Counted from the stretch's first letter, positions 1 to 12,760 are shown. The stretch: 64,000 bases of DNA from Callorhinchus milii (GCF_018977255.1 NW_024704743.1:53322001-53386000), one strand, 5' to 3'. Made by a program: numbers and translations. Notes: generated from the sequence alone by a model not told the origin.

Positions 1-686
1 CTCAAAATCCTCCTTATCTATCGTCCCCGCAAAAGCTCCCCCACCTTCCTCCCCGACACCTCCATCCTCCTATCTTCCCTCTCCCTCTGCTCCAAATGTC
101 TCCTCATCCTAGGCTACTTCAACCTGCACTTCAGCCCATCCTGCTCTATCTCCACTGACTTCTCTCTCCTCTCCTCCCACAACCTCTCCCTCCACGTCAC
201 TCCGCCACCCACGTCCATGGCGGAATCCCACGTTCGGAGTCCTGTAGCTCAGTGGTTAGAGCACTTGCTTTGCAAGCGAGAGACCTGGGTTTGATTCCCG
301 GCAGGGTGAAACCTTGGGCAAGTTTCCTTACTACACACGCCTGATAATAATCCCTCCAAAAAAAATTAGTCACTTGAATCCACGACTGTTTGTGAGACAC
401 TACTGTGCGCAATTGGCTGCCGCATTTTACCCATAAATATACAGTCAATTCACTTTACAGTCTATTCTGTAAAATGCTTTGAGACGTCGAGAAGACATGA
501 AAAGCGCTATATCAAGTGCAAGGATTATTATTATTATGGCCACCTGGTTGACCAGATGATTATCCGAGGCCTCAGCATCTTGGACATCACCATCACCGAC
601 AAAGCCATCTCGGACCATTACTTCATCTCCCTTAACAGCTCAATCCCTCTCCCCACCGCCACCCAACCCACCTTCATCTCCCCACG
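1..686 (+). mobile_element. L2-clade LINE, outer element Z, left part (AP-endonuclease region), degenerate
   Basis: Decayed LIYRP, GxFNLH, PTHVHGH and ISDHY motifs. Interrupted by a SINE at 236-535. Confidence 0.8.
236..535 (+). mobile_element. tRNA-Ala-derived SINE, short variant
   Basis: ggagtcctgtagctcagtggttagagc head with A/B boxes; 3' hairpin tail ending (att)n; atggc present on both sides (217-221, 536-540). Confidence 0.9.
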
Positions 687-1661
687 CTGCTGCTGTCTTC
701 CCTAAAAACAGCCGTCATCACCCCCATCTTGAAAAANCCTTCCCTGGAACCATCCCTACTCTCCAGCTAACGCCCCATCTCTAACCTCCCATTCCTCTCC
801 AAGGTCCTGGAATGAGTCGTCGCTCTGGTCAAAGCCACTGAAGACATTCTGAACATCTGTGATCAGGGCTCCCTCTGCCTCCCTGTCCTCCTCGATCTCT
901 CTGCCGCCTTCGACACTGTTGACCACTCCATCCTCATACACCGCCTCTCCTCCTTACTTAATCTTCACAGACCTGCCCTTGTCTGATTCGATTCCAATCT
1001 CTCTCACCGTCTCCACTTTGTTGCCTCTAACGGTTTCTCCTCCAGCCCCCGCACTGTCACCTCTGGTGTCCCCCAGGGCTCTGTCCTTGGCCCTCTCCTC
1101 TTTAATATCTACATGCTCCCCCTTGGTGACCTCATCCGCAGACATGGGGTCAACTTCCACATGTATGTGGATGACATCCAACTCTTATCTTTCTGCCTCC
1201 ACCCTCAACTCCAGGACCACTGCTGTCCTGACAGACTGTCTGTCGGACATCAAGTCCTGGATGAGGGCAAACTTCCTACAGTTGAATGTGAACAAGACTG
1301 AGGCGCTCCTGATTGGCTCCCACCAGCGCCTCAGCACCTCAGGCTCTGGCAGCATCAACCTCCATGGTTGCACACTACAACTCACCAAACCAGTCAGGAA
1401 CCTCGGTGTCTTGTTCAAGCTTCAACTGTCTTTTCTTCCCCACATCCAAGCCATGACCTGCTCTGCCTTCCCTCACCTCCGTAACATCATCCGATTCCGC
1501 CACTACCTCACCCCTCAGGCCTCTGAAACTCTTGTTCATGCCTTCATCACCAGGCTCGACTGTGCAAATCCCGTTTGTTGGCCTTCCCAACTCTTCCCTC
1601 CACAGGCTGCAGATAATCCAGAACTCTGCAGCCCGTGTCCTCTCCTGCACCAAACTCTGTG
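687..1661 (+). mobile_element. L2-clade LINE, element A, left part (RT region)
   Basis: Frameshifted [33 protein letters not shown] and [10 protein letters not shown] motifs. Confidence 0.85.
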
Positions 1662-4066
1662 GTGCCCTCCCTTGGTTTTACCCCCTACTCCTCTGGCTGC
1701 TTCCCCTCCTTCGAGCACCTCACCCTCTTCCATCCCTCTTTCCCACTGAAAATCCTCCTGGTCTATCTCCCTCCTAAGCCCCCCGGCTCCTTCCACACAG
1801 ACATCTCTACTCTCCCCTCTTCCCTGTCCCTCTGCTCCGAACGCCTGCTCATAATGGGCGATTTCAACCTCCACTTAAACCCCCCTTGCACCACTTCTGC
1901 CGACTTCACTGCCCTCCTCTCCTCCCTAAACCTTACTCTTCACATAAATTCACCCACCCACAACTGTGACCATGCCCTCGACCTCGTTATCACTCACGGC
2001 CTTGACATTTCCGACCTTAGCATATTGGACAAGGCCATCTCGGACCACTTCCTCATCTCCTTCTCCTCTCACATCCCTCTCTCTTTCACCAAGCCCTCAA
2101 CCATTCTCTACCGCCCTTGGAAAAGGCTACCCCCTGAGACCCTCACAAAGGCCCTCATATCATCAAATATCCTATCCCTCTGGCCTTCCACCTGCGGAGA
2201 TCCTGAAGCAGCCATCCAGCTGCTCCATGATTGCCTCTCTTCCACCTTCAACTCCCTCGAACCCCTGAAATCCAAGACCATCTCCAAACCCACCCGATCC
2301 CCCTGGTAGAACAACCATCTCTGCTGCCTAAAAACCCAAACCCGGCTGCTCGAGTGCAGATGGCGGAAAACTGCCCTGACAATTCACCGCCAACTGTGGC
2401 TCGAGCATTTCCACAGCTACTGCTGTTCTTTTGACACGTGCAAAAACGGCCTTCTACTCCAACATCATCTTGGAGGCTAAACACAACCCTAAAATCCTTT
2501 TTTCTACCACCCACTACCTCGTCCGTGCCCCCCCTCAGGCCTCCTCAATCTTCATATCCAATGCCAAGTGCGAGGAGGTCATGGACTTCTTTTCATCTAA
2601 AATACTCAACATCCGCCAGGCAGCCTCATTCACCTCCCCCTTGTCACCCACCACCATGCCTTCTCTGTCCCCCTCACCTTCCCCATCATCAGCTCCTACC
2701 ATGACCCCCATCCTACATTCATTCCTCCCCATCTCTCCCTCTCACCCACCATCACCTCAATGAAACCCACCACCTGCTGCCTCAACCCCCTCCCCACCAA
2801 CTTGCTGATCATCCAGCTCCCCCTCCTCTGCCCACTACTGGCTGACATCATCAACCAGTCCCTCTCCTCCGGATCAGTCCCTGCCCCCCTCAAAACTGCT
2901 GCATCACCCCCCTCCTCAAAAAACCTTCCCTAGATTCCTCAAACCCCCGCCACTACTGCCCTATTTCTAACCTGCCGTTCCTCGCAAAAGTCCTAGAACG
3001 CATTGTTGCCAATCAACTTCGCGCACACCTCTCCTCCCACTCCCTCTTTGAACCCCTCCAGTCCGGTTTCTGCTCTGCCCACAGCACAGAGACTGCGCTT
3101 GTGAAAGTCACAAACAACATCCTCTCTATCTGTGACCAGGGCTCCCTCTGCCTCCTTGTCCTCCTGGACCTCTCTGCGGCGTTCGACACAGTCGATCACG
3201 TCATCCTCCTCCACCGCCTTTCTTCCGTCATCCACCTCAGTGGGACAGCACCCGCCTGGTTCGAGTCCTACCTCACAAACCGTCAGCAGTACATCTGCGC
3301 AAACGACTTCTCCTCCATACTCTTTGGCACTTGTCAATGTCTAAAATCTCACGGCTCTCACCTCCTCCATCTACTCATCCTCACCCTAAAACTCTCCGAA
3401 CCCGTATGCAACCTAGGCGTCAGGTTTGCACCCCAATTATCCTTCCTTCCCCACATCCGGTCCCTCACCAGCACCACTTTCTTCCACCTCCGACGCATCG
3501 TCCGTCTCCTCCAATACCTCTCTCCGAATGCTGCTGAAACCCTGGTCCATGCCTTTGTCACCTCTCGCCTGGACTATTCAAACGCCCTCCTCGCCCGCCT
3601 CCCCTCCACTACCATCCATAAAATCCAGATTATACAAAACTCTGCCGCCCGCATTCTCACCCGCACCAAACTCTGCTCCCCGCTCTGCTCCTTGCCAGAC
3701 TGCACTGGCTGCCTGTCCCAGAGAGGATCGACTTCAAGATTCTTACTCTTGTCTTCAAATCCCTGCACTCCTCTGCACCCCCCTACCTCTCTGACCTCCT
3801 TGTCCCCCGAGTCCTCTGCTCCACCCTCGGCGGCCGTGCCTTCAGCCACTACATCCTGAGGCTCTGGAACTCCCTTCCTCACTCCCTTCCCCTTGCCCCC
3901 TCTCTTCCTATTTTCAGGTCTCAGCTGAAGACCTTTCTTTTCGACTGCACCTTTGGTCACCTTCCTCCCCCTCCCCCTGGCTCGGCCTCGGGATCCATTA
4001 CTGTGAAGCTCTTCGAGACGCCGCCCGGCATGGAGTGAGCTATATAAATCCAAGTTGTTGTTGTTG
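1662..4066 (+). mobile_element. L2-clade LINE, element B (EN to 3' tail, internal deletions), nested in A
   Basis: SFEHL, VYLPPK, GDFNLH, ISDHFLI and [13 protein letters not shown] motifs. Distinct tail ...gagctatataaatccaag(ttg)n ending at 4066. Confidence 0.85.
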
Positions 4067-4549
4067 ACCCCCATCTCCCCCATTCTCGCCCAACTCCATT
4101 GGCTCCCTATCCTTCAGAGGATCCAGTTCAAAATCCTGCTCCCCACCTACAAAGCCCTCAATGGTCTTGCCCCACCCTATCTCTGTGACCTCCTCTCCCC
4201 CTACCAACCCATCCACTCCCTCCGCTCAGCCGGCTCCGGCCTGCTCCACGTCCCCCGAACCACCCACCCATCATTGGTGGGAGAGCCTTCAGCCACTCTG
4301 CCCCCAACCTCTGGACCTCCATCCCCCAATCACTCCGCCTCGCCCCCTCCTTAGCCTCCTTCAAGTCCCGACTCAAAACCCTCCTCTTTGACCATGCCAT
4401 TGGTCACCCCCCTTCCCCTCCCCTCCCTTCCCTTGTTCCCCCGACCCCAGCTCGGGTCTGAAATGCTTTACACTGTCCAGCGCCTTGGGACGTCCTCCCA
4501 ACGTGAAAGGCGCAATACAAATGTAATCTTGTTGTTGTTGTTGTTGTTG
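4067..4549 (+). mobile_element. L2 element A, right part with 3' tail
   Basis: Resumes as PISPILAQLHWLPILQRIQFK directly after the B tail; ends in hairpin tail plus (ttg)n. Confidence 0.85.
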
Positions 4550-5676
4550 GAGTCATCTGAACTCCTCACCCTCTGGGCTTCCTCTAGCAATGGCAATCCT
4601 CCTCGGTCACTCTCTTCCACAACTCCCTCTGGACCACTTTCAATGCCCTTGTTTCCCTCACTTCCCGAACAGTCTCCTACTCAAGGAACCCTGGTACACC
4701 AGCCACACCCCAGCCCATACCCATCCCTCCCGCCACACCTTTGAATCTGTCTCCCCCGCCTCCTTCATCACCACCATAAGCCGCATGAAACCGACCACCT
4801 GCTCCCTTGACCCCATCCCTATCCGTCTCCTTATCCCTTAGCACCACCTCCTTGCCCCCCTACTCACAGACACCATAAACCTCTCACTGTCCACTATCAC
4901 CCCTAGCCTTAAAAAACCCTCCCTGGACCCATCACTGCTCTCAAACTACTGCTCCATCTCCAACCTCCCTTTCCTTTCCAAGGTCCTGTTGCTTCCTAGC
5001 TTTGCTCCTTCTTCTCCCATCATTCCCTTCATGAACCCCTCCAATCGGGTTTTCGTGCCGCCCACAACACAGAAACAGTTTTGGTCAAAGTGACAAACGA
5101 CATTTTATTGCCCGGTTCAGCCACTGTCTCACACTGAAGGCCGCCGAGACCCTCATACACACATTCGTAAGATCCAGGCTCTGTTTGTCGGCCTCCCTAA
5201 CTCCTCCCTCCGTAGGCTGCAGATCATCCAGAACTCTGCAGCCGGTGTCCTCTGCTGCACCAGGCTCTGTGACCCCCATCACCCCCATCTTCGCCCAACT
5301 CCACTGACTTCCCATCAAGATCCTGGTCCTCACCTTCAAAGCCCTCCATGGCCTTGCTTCCCCCTACTTCTATGACCTCCTAACCCCCTACCAACCTGGC
5401 CTGCTTGCTGGGGCAGGTGAGACGTCCCCCACTTCACCTGCCCCACAATTGTTGGGCGGGCCTTCTGCAATTCTGTCCCCACCCCCGGAACTACATCCCT
5501 CAGTCCTTCTGCCTCTCAAGACCCTTTTGGGCACATTCGATCGTATGTTCGGTAACCCTCCTTCCCCCCCACCCCCCCGCCCCAAGCTTGGGTCCGAAAC
5601 ACTGATTGTTCAGCGCCTTTGGACATCCTCCTGACATGAAAGGTGCTATACAAATGTAATTTTGTCGTTGTTGTTT
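4550..5676 (+). mobile_element. L2 element Z, right part with large internal deletions and 3' tail
   Basis: Starts in the post-endonuclease linker (similar to B near 2158); MKPTTCSLDPIP and LHWLP-like segments; tail with degenerate (ttg)n. Confidence 0.7.
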
Positions 5677-5970
5677 GGGGGAGAGTTCCAGATTTCCACC
5701 ACCCTTTGGATGAAAAACTGCCTCCTAATTTCCCTCCAAACTGCTTTAATTTTAAGTTTATGCCCCCTTGTTCTGAATTCCCCTGCCAGAAGAAATAGTC
5801 ATGGAGTGAGTGACCGATTTTATTTGGCAATTATTGACCAGAACACCAGGAGAAACTCTCTTCTGTTTTCGAATAGTGCAAATCTACCCACATAGGCAGA
5901 TGGGACCTTGGTTTAATGTTTGAAATTTACTGTATCTACCCTATCAAATTCCTTCATTATTTCAAAAAAA
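5677..5970 (-). mobile_element. CR1 3' fragment interrupted by a Deu-SINE fragment (~5798-5920)
   Basis: The reverse complement reads as the CR1 C-terminal region (...RGHKLKIK...RRQFFIQRVVEIWNSP). The insert contains a degenerate Deu core (aaacattaaaccaaggtcccatctgcc). Confidence 0.55.
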
Positions 5971-6251
5971 TAAGTTGAGATGGGGAGGGGAAAAGATGAT
6001 TAAAAGCTTGGAAAAAGAGTCAGGTCTTGATTTGCCTTGAATAGGAGAGGGAGGGAGCGAGTCAGGGGGACTCCAGTGATGGAGGTCCAGACATGTCAGG
6101 AAATCCCTCTGGACCTAAGGGGAAGGTAAGCTGGTTTCCTTATCAACCACATCCTCCCAACCACTGGCTCCTGCCACTGCCATGAGAGGATGTTTTGTGC
6201 ACGATGAAAGGGCCAGATAGAGCCCATGAGTCACCAGTTGGACCACCCTGG

Positions 6252-6660
6252 TCTACACGGACATTCCAGCACAGTCTGGTGGAATAATACATTGTTGGAG
6301 ATACAATTCTCTGGATGAGACATTAAACTGAGTTCCCTTCTGCATATTCTTTAGGTGGATGTAGAGATTCCTTAATACTGTTTAAAAAGAGAAGTGTTTT
6401 TACTGGAGTCCTGGTCACCAACCTCTTGTCTGTTTCTCCCTTCATCTTGTTCAGTGTCAAACATAGCCACTGTGCAGTTCTCTGAGGTGCTATCCTACTT
6501 GAAGTGCACTATATAAATGCTAGTTTTTGTTGTTTGTAGGGCTTTGCTGTGCAAAATGGCTGCCACATTTACCTAGACTTGACCACATTTATCAAGTCAC
6601 TACACTTGATAGTAAGTACTGTAAGGTGATTTTCATAGTAATAAGGTGTTCAAATGTTAT
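6252..6660 (+). mobile_element. Old Deu-domain SINE (SacSINE1/AmnSINE1-like)
   Basis: ggatgagacattaaactgag...ggtggatgtagagattcc...gtcctggtca and gctgtgcaaaatggctgccacattt resemble the Deu domain as recalled. Confidence 0.6.
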
Positions 6661-6766
6661 TTGACAGCTAAAGAGACTAAAGAATTCTGGATGGTGCGTA
6701 TTGCAGCAATGTCATTAATAGCGAGTAAAATGTATTTATGTAGTTATCAGATGCTGAAAGATCTTT

Positions 6767-7160
6767 AATAATAATAATCCTTGTATTTGATATAGAGCCT
6801 TATCCCATCGTTAAAATGTCTCAAAGCGCTTCACAAGATTTACTGTAAAGTGTAGCGACTATATATTTTCTTGCACGTTGGGATGTCCTGCTGATGTGAA
6901 AGGCGCTTTACAAATGTCATTTTATAATTTTGTACTGATATTTTGTGGGTGAAATGCAGCAGCCAGTTACACACAGCAATGTCCCACAAACAGCCATGAA
7001 GTGAGTGACCAATTTTATTTGGGGATTAATGGCCACAACACCGGGAGAAACTCCCTTGTCTTTTCAAATAATGCCAATCTTTTACATCAACCCACACAGG
7101 CAGATGTGACCTTGGTTTAATGTCTTATCCGAAGCACAGCACTTCCGATAATACAACACC
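6767..7160 (-). mobile_element. Deu-domain SINE with L2-type (att)n tail; contains a nested + strand L2 tail at ~6872-6925
   Basis: Reverse complement: ggataagacattaaaccaaggtcacatctgcc...gatgtaaaagat...gggagtttctcccggtgt...gctgtttgtgggacattgctgtg..., then the tail. Confidence 0.75.
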
Positions 7161-7289
7161 CCATTTATATTAACAAAGCAGTGAGAGAGAAGGGCTCAGT
7201 GGGAGTAGTGGAGGATGGGGACATTTTTAGGAGAAGCAGCTTGGGTCGGTGATGGCTACCAAAATGCACACGCCAAGACTAATAACTGA

Positions 7290-7545
7290 CAAAGTGGGGG
7301 GGGGGGGGTGTCAACGTAGCATGTTCAGCCCGCTGGTGTAGGTCATGGGGAAAGCTGTGGATGCTGGATCCATTTACATTTTAAAGATGGAGGTCGATGA
7401 ATATTTGTTACGTCAGGGTGTTAAAGGATATGGTGCAAGGGCGGGTAGCTGAACTTGAGGTAAAGATCAGCCGTGATGTTGTAAAATGGTAGAACAGGCT
7501 CGGGGGGCTGAATAGCCTATGCCTGTTTCTATGTATCTATGTAAC
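7290..7545 (+). mobile_element. CR1 LINE 3' end
   Basis: tttaaagatggaggtcgatgaatattt...aaaggatatgg...gatcagccgtgat...gctgaatagcct, ending in a short tandem ctatgt tail. Confidence 0.7.
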
Positions 7546-8249
7546 TTGGGAGCCCAGTCGGCATTGGCGAGTGCTTTGAGATGTCCTTTCGATGCTAGAA
7601 AGGTACTATGTAAATGTTTTGTTATACTTCTGGAAGCAAAACCCCAAAATATTGCTTTTGTGGCCCGCGGACACTTGTTAAACCTGGCCCCTGGCTCTCA
7701 GCAGCCAAAAGGTTGGACCATCAGTGTGTCACTGAGCTTGGTATTTTATACCCAATGCTTCAGTGATTAGAGTCAGGGCATCTCGAGTCGGGAAGACAAA
7801 ACTAATATCCCATTTATATTAACAAATTTAAAATATGCACGTCTCAAAATAAAAGTAAAATAGTTATGGACACAAGCATATATTTTGATGACACCCCAAA
7901 GCCTTAAATTAAGTAGAAGTCGTAATACATAAAAAACTTACAGTTTGAGGAGAGGAACGAGCTGACCCACTTACAAGTCCCACCGAGGTGCAACTCTCCT
8001 GCCTACTCAAATACCTCGTGTTTTATCCCCTTTCCTCTCACAAAATACACATTCTTACTGAGAATGACTTTTCATACAAATCAGGCCCCTTCAGACAAGA
8101 ACAACAACAAAATTACATTTGTATACCGCATTCTATGTCGGGAAGACATCCCAAGGCAACATCCTTTAACTGAAACAGTGCAAGCAAGTTCACATTCCTT
8201 CCAATTGAGACAGTGAAACAGTTCCTGCTACCTGTGGGGTGTAAAAGGA

Positions 8250-9000
8250 CGAGACGGCTTGCGCTTCTTTCAGAAAGCGAACAGAGGCAGCTCTGTGATG
8301 AATGGGCAGAGGGATGAAACAGGTTTCGTATACATGGCGCAGGCAGACATACAAAGGATGCAACGCAGTGCAGTGAGAAGCCCACAGAGAGCACGGCCCC
8401 CTGCGACTTCCTGTCGTCCAGCACTGAGGTGCTGGACGAGGGGAGTCGAGAGCACCTAGAACACCCATGCTCTCTGGATGAGCTGACTAGGGCTGTCAAA
8501 GCGCTCCAGGTAAGACCCTCGGGGGTGATGGTGTCCCGGTGGAGTTCTAATCCGCCCTGTGGGACGTGATAGACCTGCTGGGAGGGTACGATAGTATGCT
8601 ACTGACAGGGAGCATGGCAGACATCATGAGAAAAGGCATGGTCACTCTCCTCTACAAGCAGAAGGGGAAAAGGAAGAGATTAAGAACTGGCGCCCAGTTA
8701 CGCTGCTCATTGTAGATTATAAGATCCTGGTCAAGGTGATCTCTGAGCAGATCAAGACTTAGGCGAGTGATCCACCCTGACCAGACCTGTTCAGTTCCAA
8801 GCTGAAGATACTCTGATCGCCTTGCGCAACTCAGAGACACCATCGCCTACGTGCAGGAAAGGGAGATGGACGTCTGCCTGATGAGTCTTGATCAGGAGAA
8901 AACCTTCGACAGAGTGTCGCATGATTAGATGTTTGAGATGCTCTCCAAAATGGGCTTTGGGGAGGGAATTTTGAATTGGAACCGGCTGCTCTACAGAGGA
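8250..9000 (+). mobile_element. Tx1-like (L1 group) non-LTR retrotransposon ORF2 fragment
   Basis: Frameshifted translation SLDELTRAV..GDGVPVEF..KGMVTLLYKQKG..KNWRPVTLLIVDYKILVKVIS..IHPDQTCSVP..SLDQEKTFDRVSHD..KMGFGE. Confidence 0.8.
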
Positions 9001-9755
9001 CACCTTTCATCCTGGCTCTGACTGTCCAATTTCCACTCCATTCCTACCTTACCTCCATTGCAGCCTAAACCCTTAACCACACTTTGTCACCTCTAGACTC
9101 AACTTTTCCAATGTCCTGCTCACCGGCTTATCGAGTTATAATAATAATAATCCTTGCATTTGATATAGCGCTTTTCACGTCTTCTTGACATCTCAAAGCG
9201 CTTCACAGAATATGCTGTAAAGTGAATTGACCGTATATTTGTTTCACCCTCCACAAAGCAGAACTCCACAACTTGCCATAGCAAACTCCACAAGCCGATC
9301 ATCCCCATCCTCACATGGCCCCGCAATCCGCCAAATTACAGGGAATTTCTCCCTGTATCCCACCTTATAAATAATAATAATAGAATTTGATATAATGCTT
9401 TTTTCCATCGGAAAGACATTTCAAAGCACTTCACAGGATTTACTTCAAATTGTCATCTTCAAACGCAATCATAATTATTATTATTGTTATGTATAAGTTA
9501 GGATACAGGCAGAAATTTCCTGTATGTTTGGGGACATGTAGATGGCTTGACCACCTTATCCCTTCAGTCTCTTATAATCCTACTTCCTTGCCCACCCATC
9601 ACACCACCAAGTTTGGCCTCCTCCTTGCCAATTCCACCCCACACTGGAAGGCAAGCTTTCAGCCACTTACTCCCACTTGCTGGAACTCTATTGTTCCTTG
9701 TCCCCTCTCAGTCTTCAAAAACCTGCTTAAAAACATAACTGTGCCCTTGGCCACC
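9001..9755 (+). mobile_element. Highly decayed L2 3' fragments with inserted minus-strand SINE tails (9138-9240, 9370-9445)
   Basis: FVTSRLNFSNVLL and related L2 segments; (aat)n tails with the hairpin motif. Confidence 0.55.
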
Positions 9756-10060
9756 TTCCCGGCAGGGTGAAACATTGAGCAAGTTTCCTTACTCCACAAA
9801 TCTGTTTACCTAGCAGTAAGTAGGAACCCGTTTGCTAGTCGATTGGCGGATCGCTTTTCCAGGGGTAATAATTCCTTCAAAATAAAAAAAATTTGATCAC
9901 TCAATCCACGACTGTTTGTGGGATACTGCTGTTCACATTTGGCTGCTGCGTTTTGCACACAAAATATACAGTCAATTCACTTTATAGTATATTCGATGAA
10001 GCGTTTTGAGACATCTCAAAGACGTGATAAGGGGCTATATCAAATGCAAGGATTATTATT
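9756..10060 (+). mobile_element. tRNA-Ala SINE, long variant, 5'-truncated
   Basis: Begins within the B box; contains tgtttacctagcagtaagtaggaaccc; (att)n tail. Confidence 0.85.
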
Positions 10061-10853
10061 TACCTTCCTCCCATCTTGGGCTTCCATTCAGAACTTGTGA
10101 AGCCCTTTGAGACCTTCTCCTACATGAAAGATTCTATACCAGTATAAATTGTTTTTGTGTTTCTTTACCCTTTTAACCAAGGCTCTGATTTCCATTCTTT
10201 AATTTCATTGGATGCCATTTGCCTTTTTATAGCTTTTTTAATCTCAAGTCTTACCTTTAAACCTCATAAATAATTTCATATTTCCTGATAGGTAATGATC
10301 AAAATATTCATTAGATGACACTTAAGTGTCTTAGGCACAGAAAGTAATTGCAGTGTCCTGATTATCAGCTGACATGCCCGGTTTCAGTGTGCTATTTTGT
10401 ATAAAGCAAACAGTTTACATGTGGTATATCTTACCAGGCTATTTCAGTGGAAAACAGGAAACCACACCTATGAGAATTAAAGCAAATAGATGTTACTATT
10501 ACCAGATAAGTCCTGTTTAAGTACATTTAAACATTTAGCCCAGAGTATTTTTTTAATCATTTCACAATGGATAATTTGGGAATAAAATTGCTTCACTTTC
10601 AACCTACAGACTATATCATAAGAAATATCACCTTCCCCATTGTGATTATGATTATATATATTACAGAGACATACAGAGCTTAAAATCTCTTGCCAACCTG
10701 TGCTTAATACTTTCTGGAATGAGGTAAGCAGGATGCATCTCTCCAGGAAGAGAGTGCGCATTCCATTCCAACAATCTATCTCTGCAATTTCCACATGTAG
10801 GTTGGATGCATGGAATTCTTAGTTTGGTTTGGATACTCTTAAGCATTGTGAAG

Positions 10854-11225
10854 GGAGTCCTATAGCTTAGTGGTTAGAGCACTCGTCTCTCAAACGAGAG
10901 GATCTGGACTCGATTTGCAGGCAGGATGAAACGTTGGGCAAGTTTCATTACTCCACGCGCTTCTGTTTACCTAGCAGTAAGTAGGAACCAGGTGGTTAGC
11001 GGATCACTTTTCTGGGGTAATAATGCCTTCAAATTTTGTTTAAAATAATAATAATGTGTTCACTCAATCCACAAGTGTTTGTGGGACACCTCAGTGTGCA
11101 ATTGGCTGTGATGTGTTTCGCCCATAAAAAACAGTCAATTCACTTTACACTATATTCTTTGAAGCACTTTGAGACGTCCCAAAGACATGAAAAGGTGTAT
11201 ATCAAATCCAAGAATTATTATGATT
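10854..11225 (+). mobile_element. tRNA-Ala SINE, long variant, full length
   Basis: Complete head, internal segment and tail; splits an older repeat. Confidence 0.9.
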
Positions 11226-12180
11226 GTCAGAAACCCAGTTGACCCCCAAAAAAGCTTACTAAACTGAATTCATGTAAATACAGGAAACTCTTGATAGCTC
11301 AATCCTGGATTAATTTGTCAATATCATTAAGGCGCCACAATGTCAATATCCCAGTCAATTCCCACGCAAAGTATTAATAAATATATCTTACCAGGCCATT
11401 TATTTCACACTCCATTAACACATAACTAGTCATATTCTACAAATTCTTGTGAATACTTATAATGTCAAATTTATCAGATAACTCATTCTATAAGATCTCG
11501 CTGACGTGCCCTATCCTGTGACTGCTGGGGGTGCCTCAGCAGAGGTTGGGTGCACATGCTCAGATGCAACACAGAGGCCTCTCGTGTTTTGGAGGCTAGT
11601 GGTGTGGCCTCAATCCCTGCCTGTGACAGGATAGGCTGGGAGTCCACGGGATGGCCGTCCAACAGACCAGGGCCTCTGCTGTGCATTTGAGCATATACCC
11701 CCAAAGTTCACCGAGCATCCACACCGGTTACAGTGCCGCCTTGTGACTCAGGAAGACCTATGCCTAACTCGCCACTCCGAATCTTTTCCCCAGAATCGAC
11801 AAGTCATCAGGGGTTTACTGCATGTAATTCTTACCAAATTTCCACAAAGTAATTTCATATTTCTATCAGCTATTTTGTGGCTTATTACTTCAGCCCTACC
11901 CCAAGTTGGCATGTTAAGCCTCAATTAGATATGTTGCAACAGTGTTCCAAATAACTAAATTGCTAGATCTTGCACAACAAGGCAGGCATATTTCTGGGAG
12001 ATCAATTGCCCAGAAATGGATCTCGACAAATAAAATAATTAACTACATTACAGTGGGATTCTACTCCAAATTTATACAATCCTTTAGAAAATAAATCGAG
12101 GTAACTACATTTGGTAGGTGTAGGATTTATTGGAATGCGCCCAATATTTCAAGATAAAGTTGATAACAACTTGTATTTAT

Positions 12181-12450
12181 ATAATAATAATAAATAATAA
12201 TAATAATCCTTGCATTTGATATAGCGCTTTTCACGTCGGGAGGACGTCCCAAAGCGCTTCACAGAACACACTGTAAAGTGAATTGACTGTATATATTTGT
12301 GGGCGAACGCGGCAGCCAATTGCGCACAGCAATGTCCCACAAACAGTCGTAGATTGAAAATGACCAATTTAATTATTGTTTTTTTTTTGAGGGATTATTA
12401 TTAGGCGTGTGGAGTAAGGAAACTTGCCCAAGGTTTCGCCCTGCCTGGAA
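12181..12450 (-). mobile_element. tRNA-Ala SINE, short variant, 5'-truncated
   Basis: Near-identical to 47905-48230 in reverse complement; intact CpGs. Confidence 0.9.
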
Positions 12451-12477
12451 TATCATATAGTGCCATATCATATGGGC

Positions 12478-12760
12478 CATATAGTGCCCCTCATGCAGGG
12501 TAGCGTCCCAGAGCGCTCGACAGTGGTGGAGCACAACGCTGAGCCGGGGGAGGGGGAAGTGACCTTAGGCACGGTTGAAGAGGAAGGTCTTCAGGTATGA
12601 CCTGAAGGTGGGAAAGGAAGGGGCAAGGCGGAGGGATAGAAGAAGTGTTCCAGAGTTTTGGAGAGTAGTGGCTGAAAACACGGTTACCAATGGTGGAACG
12701 GAGGACACAAGGGACTTGCTGGAGCCAGTTGAGCAAAAGCAATGGGTTGTGGGGTAAGCA
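12478..12760 (-). mobile_element. L2 3' end (B-like tail)
   Basis: Minus-strand translation STIGNRVFSHYSPKLWN, followed by a hairpin tail. Confidence 0.7.

Noticed and set aside
236..312. tRNA-Ala gene
   Set aside because: Always fused to the SINE body and tail, and the copies are mutated; scored as a SINE head.
11780..11815. Minus-strand CTGATGA...GAAA hammerhead core
   Set aside because: No convincing stem II or stem I/III pairing.
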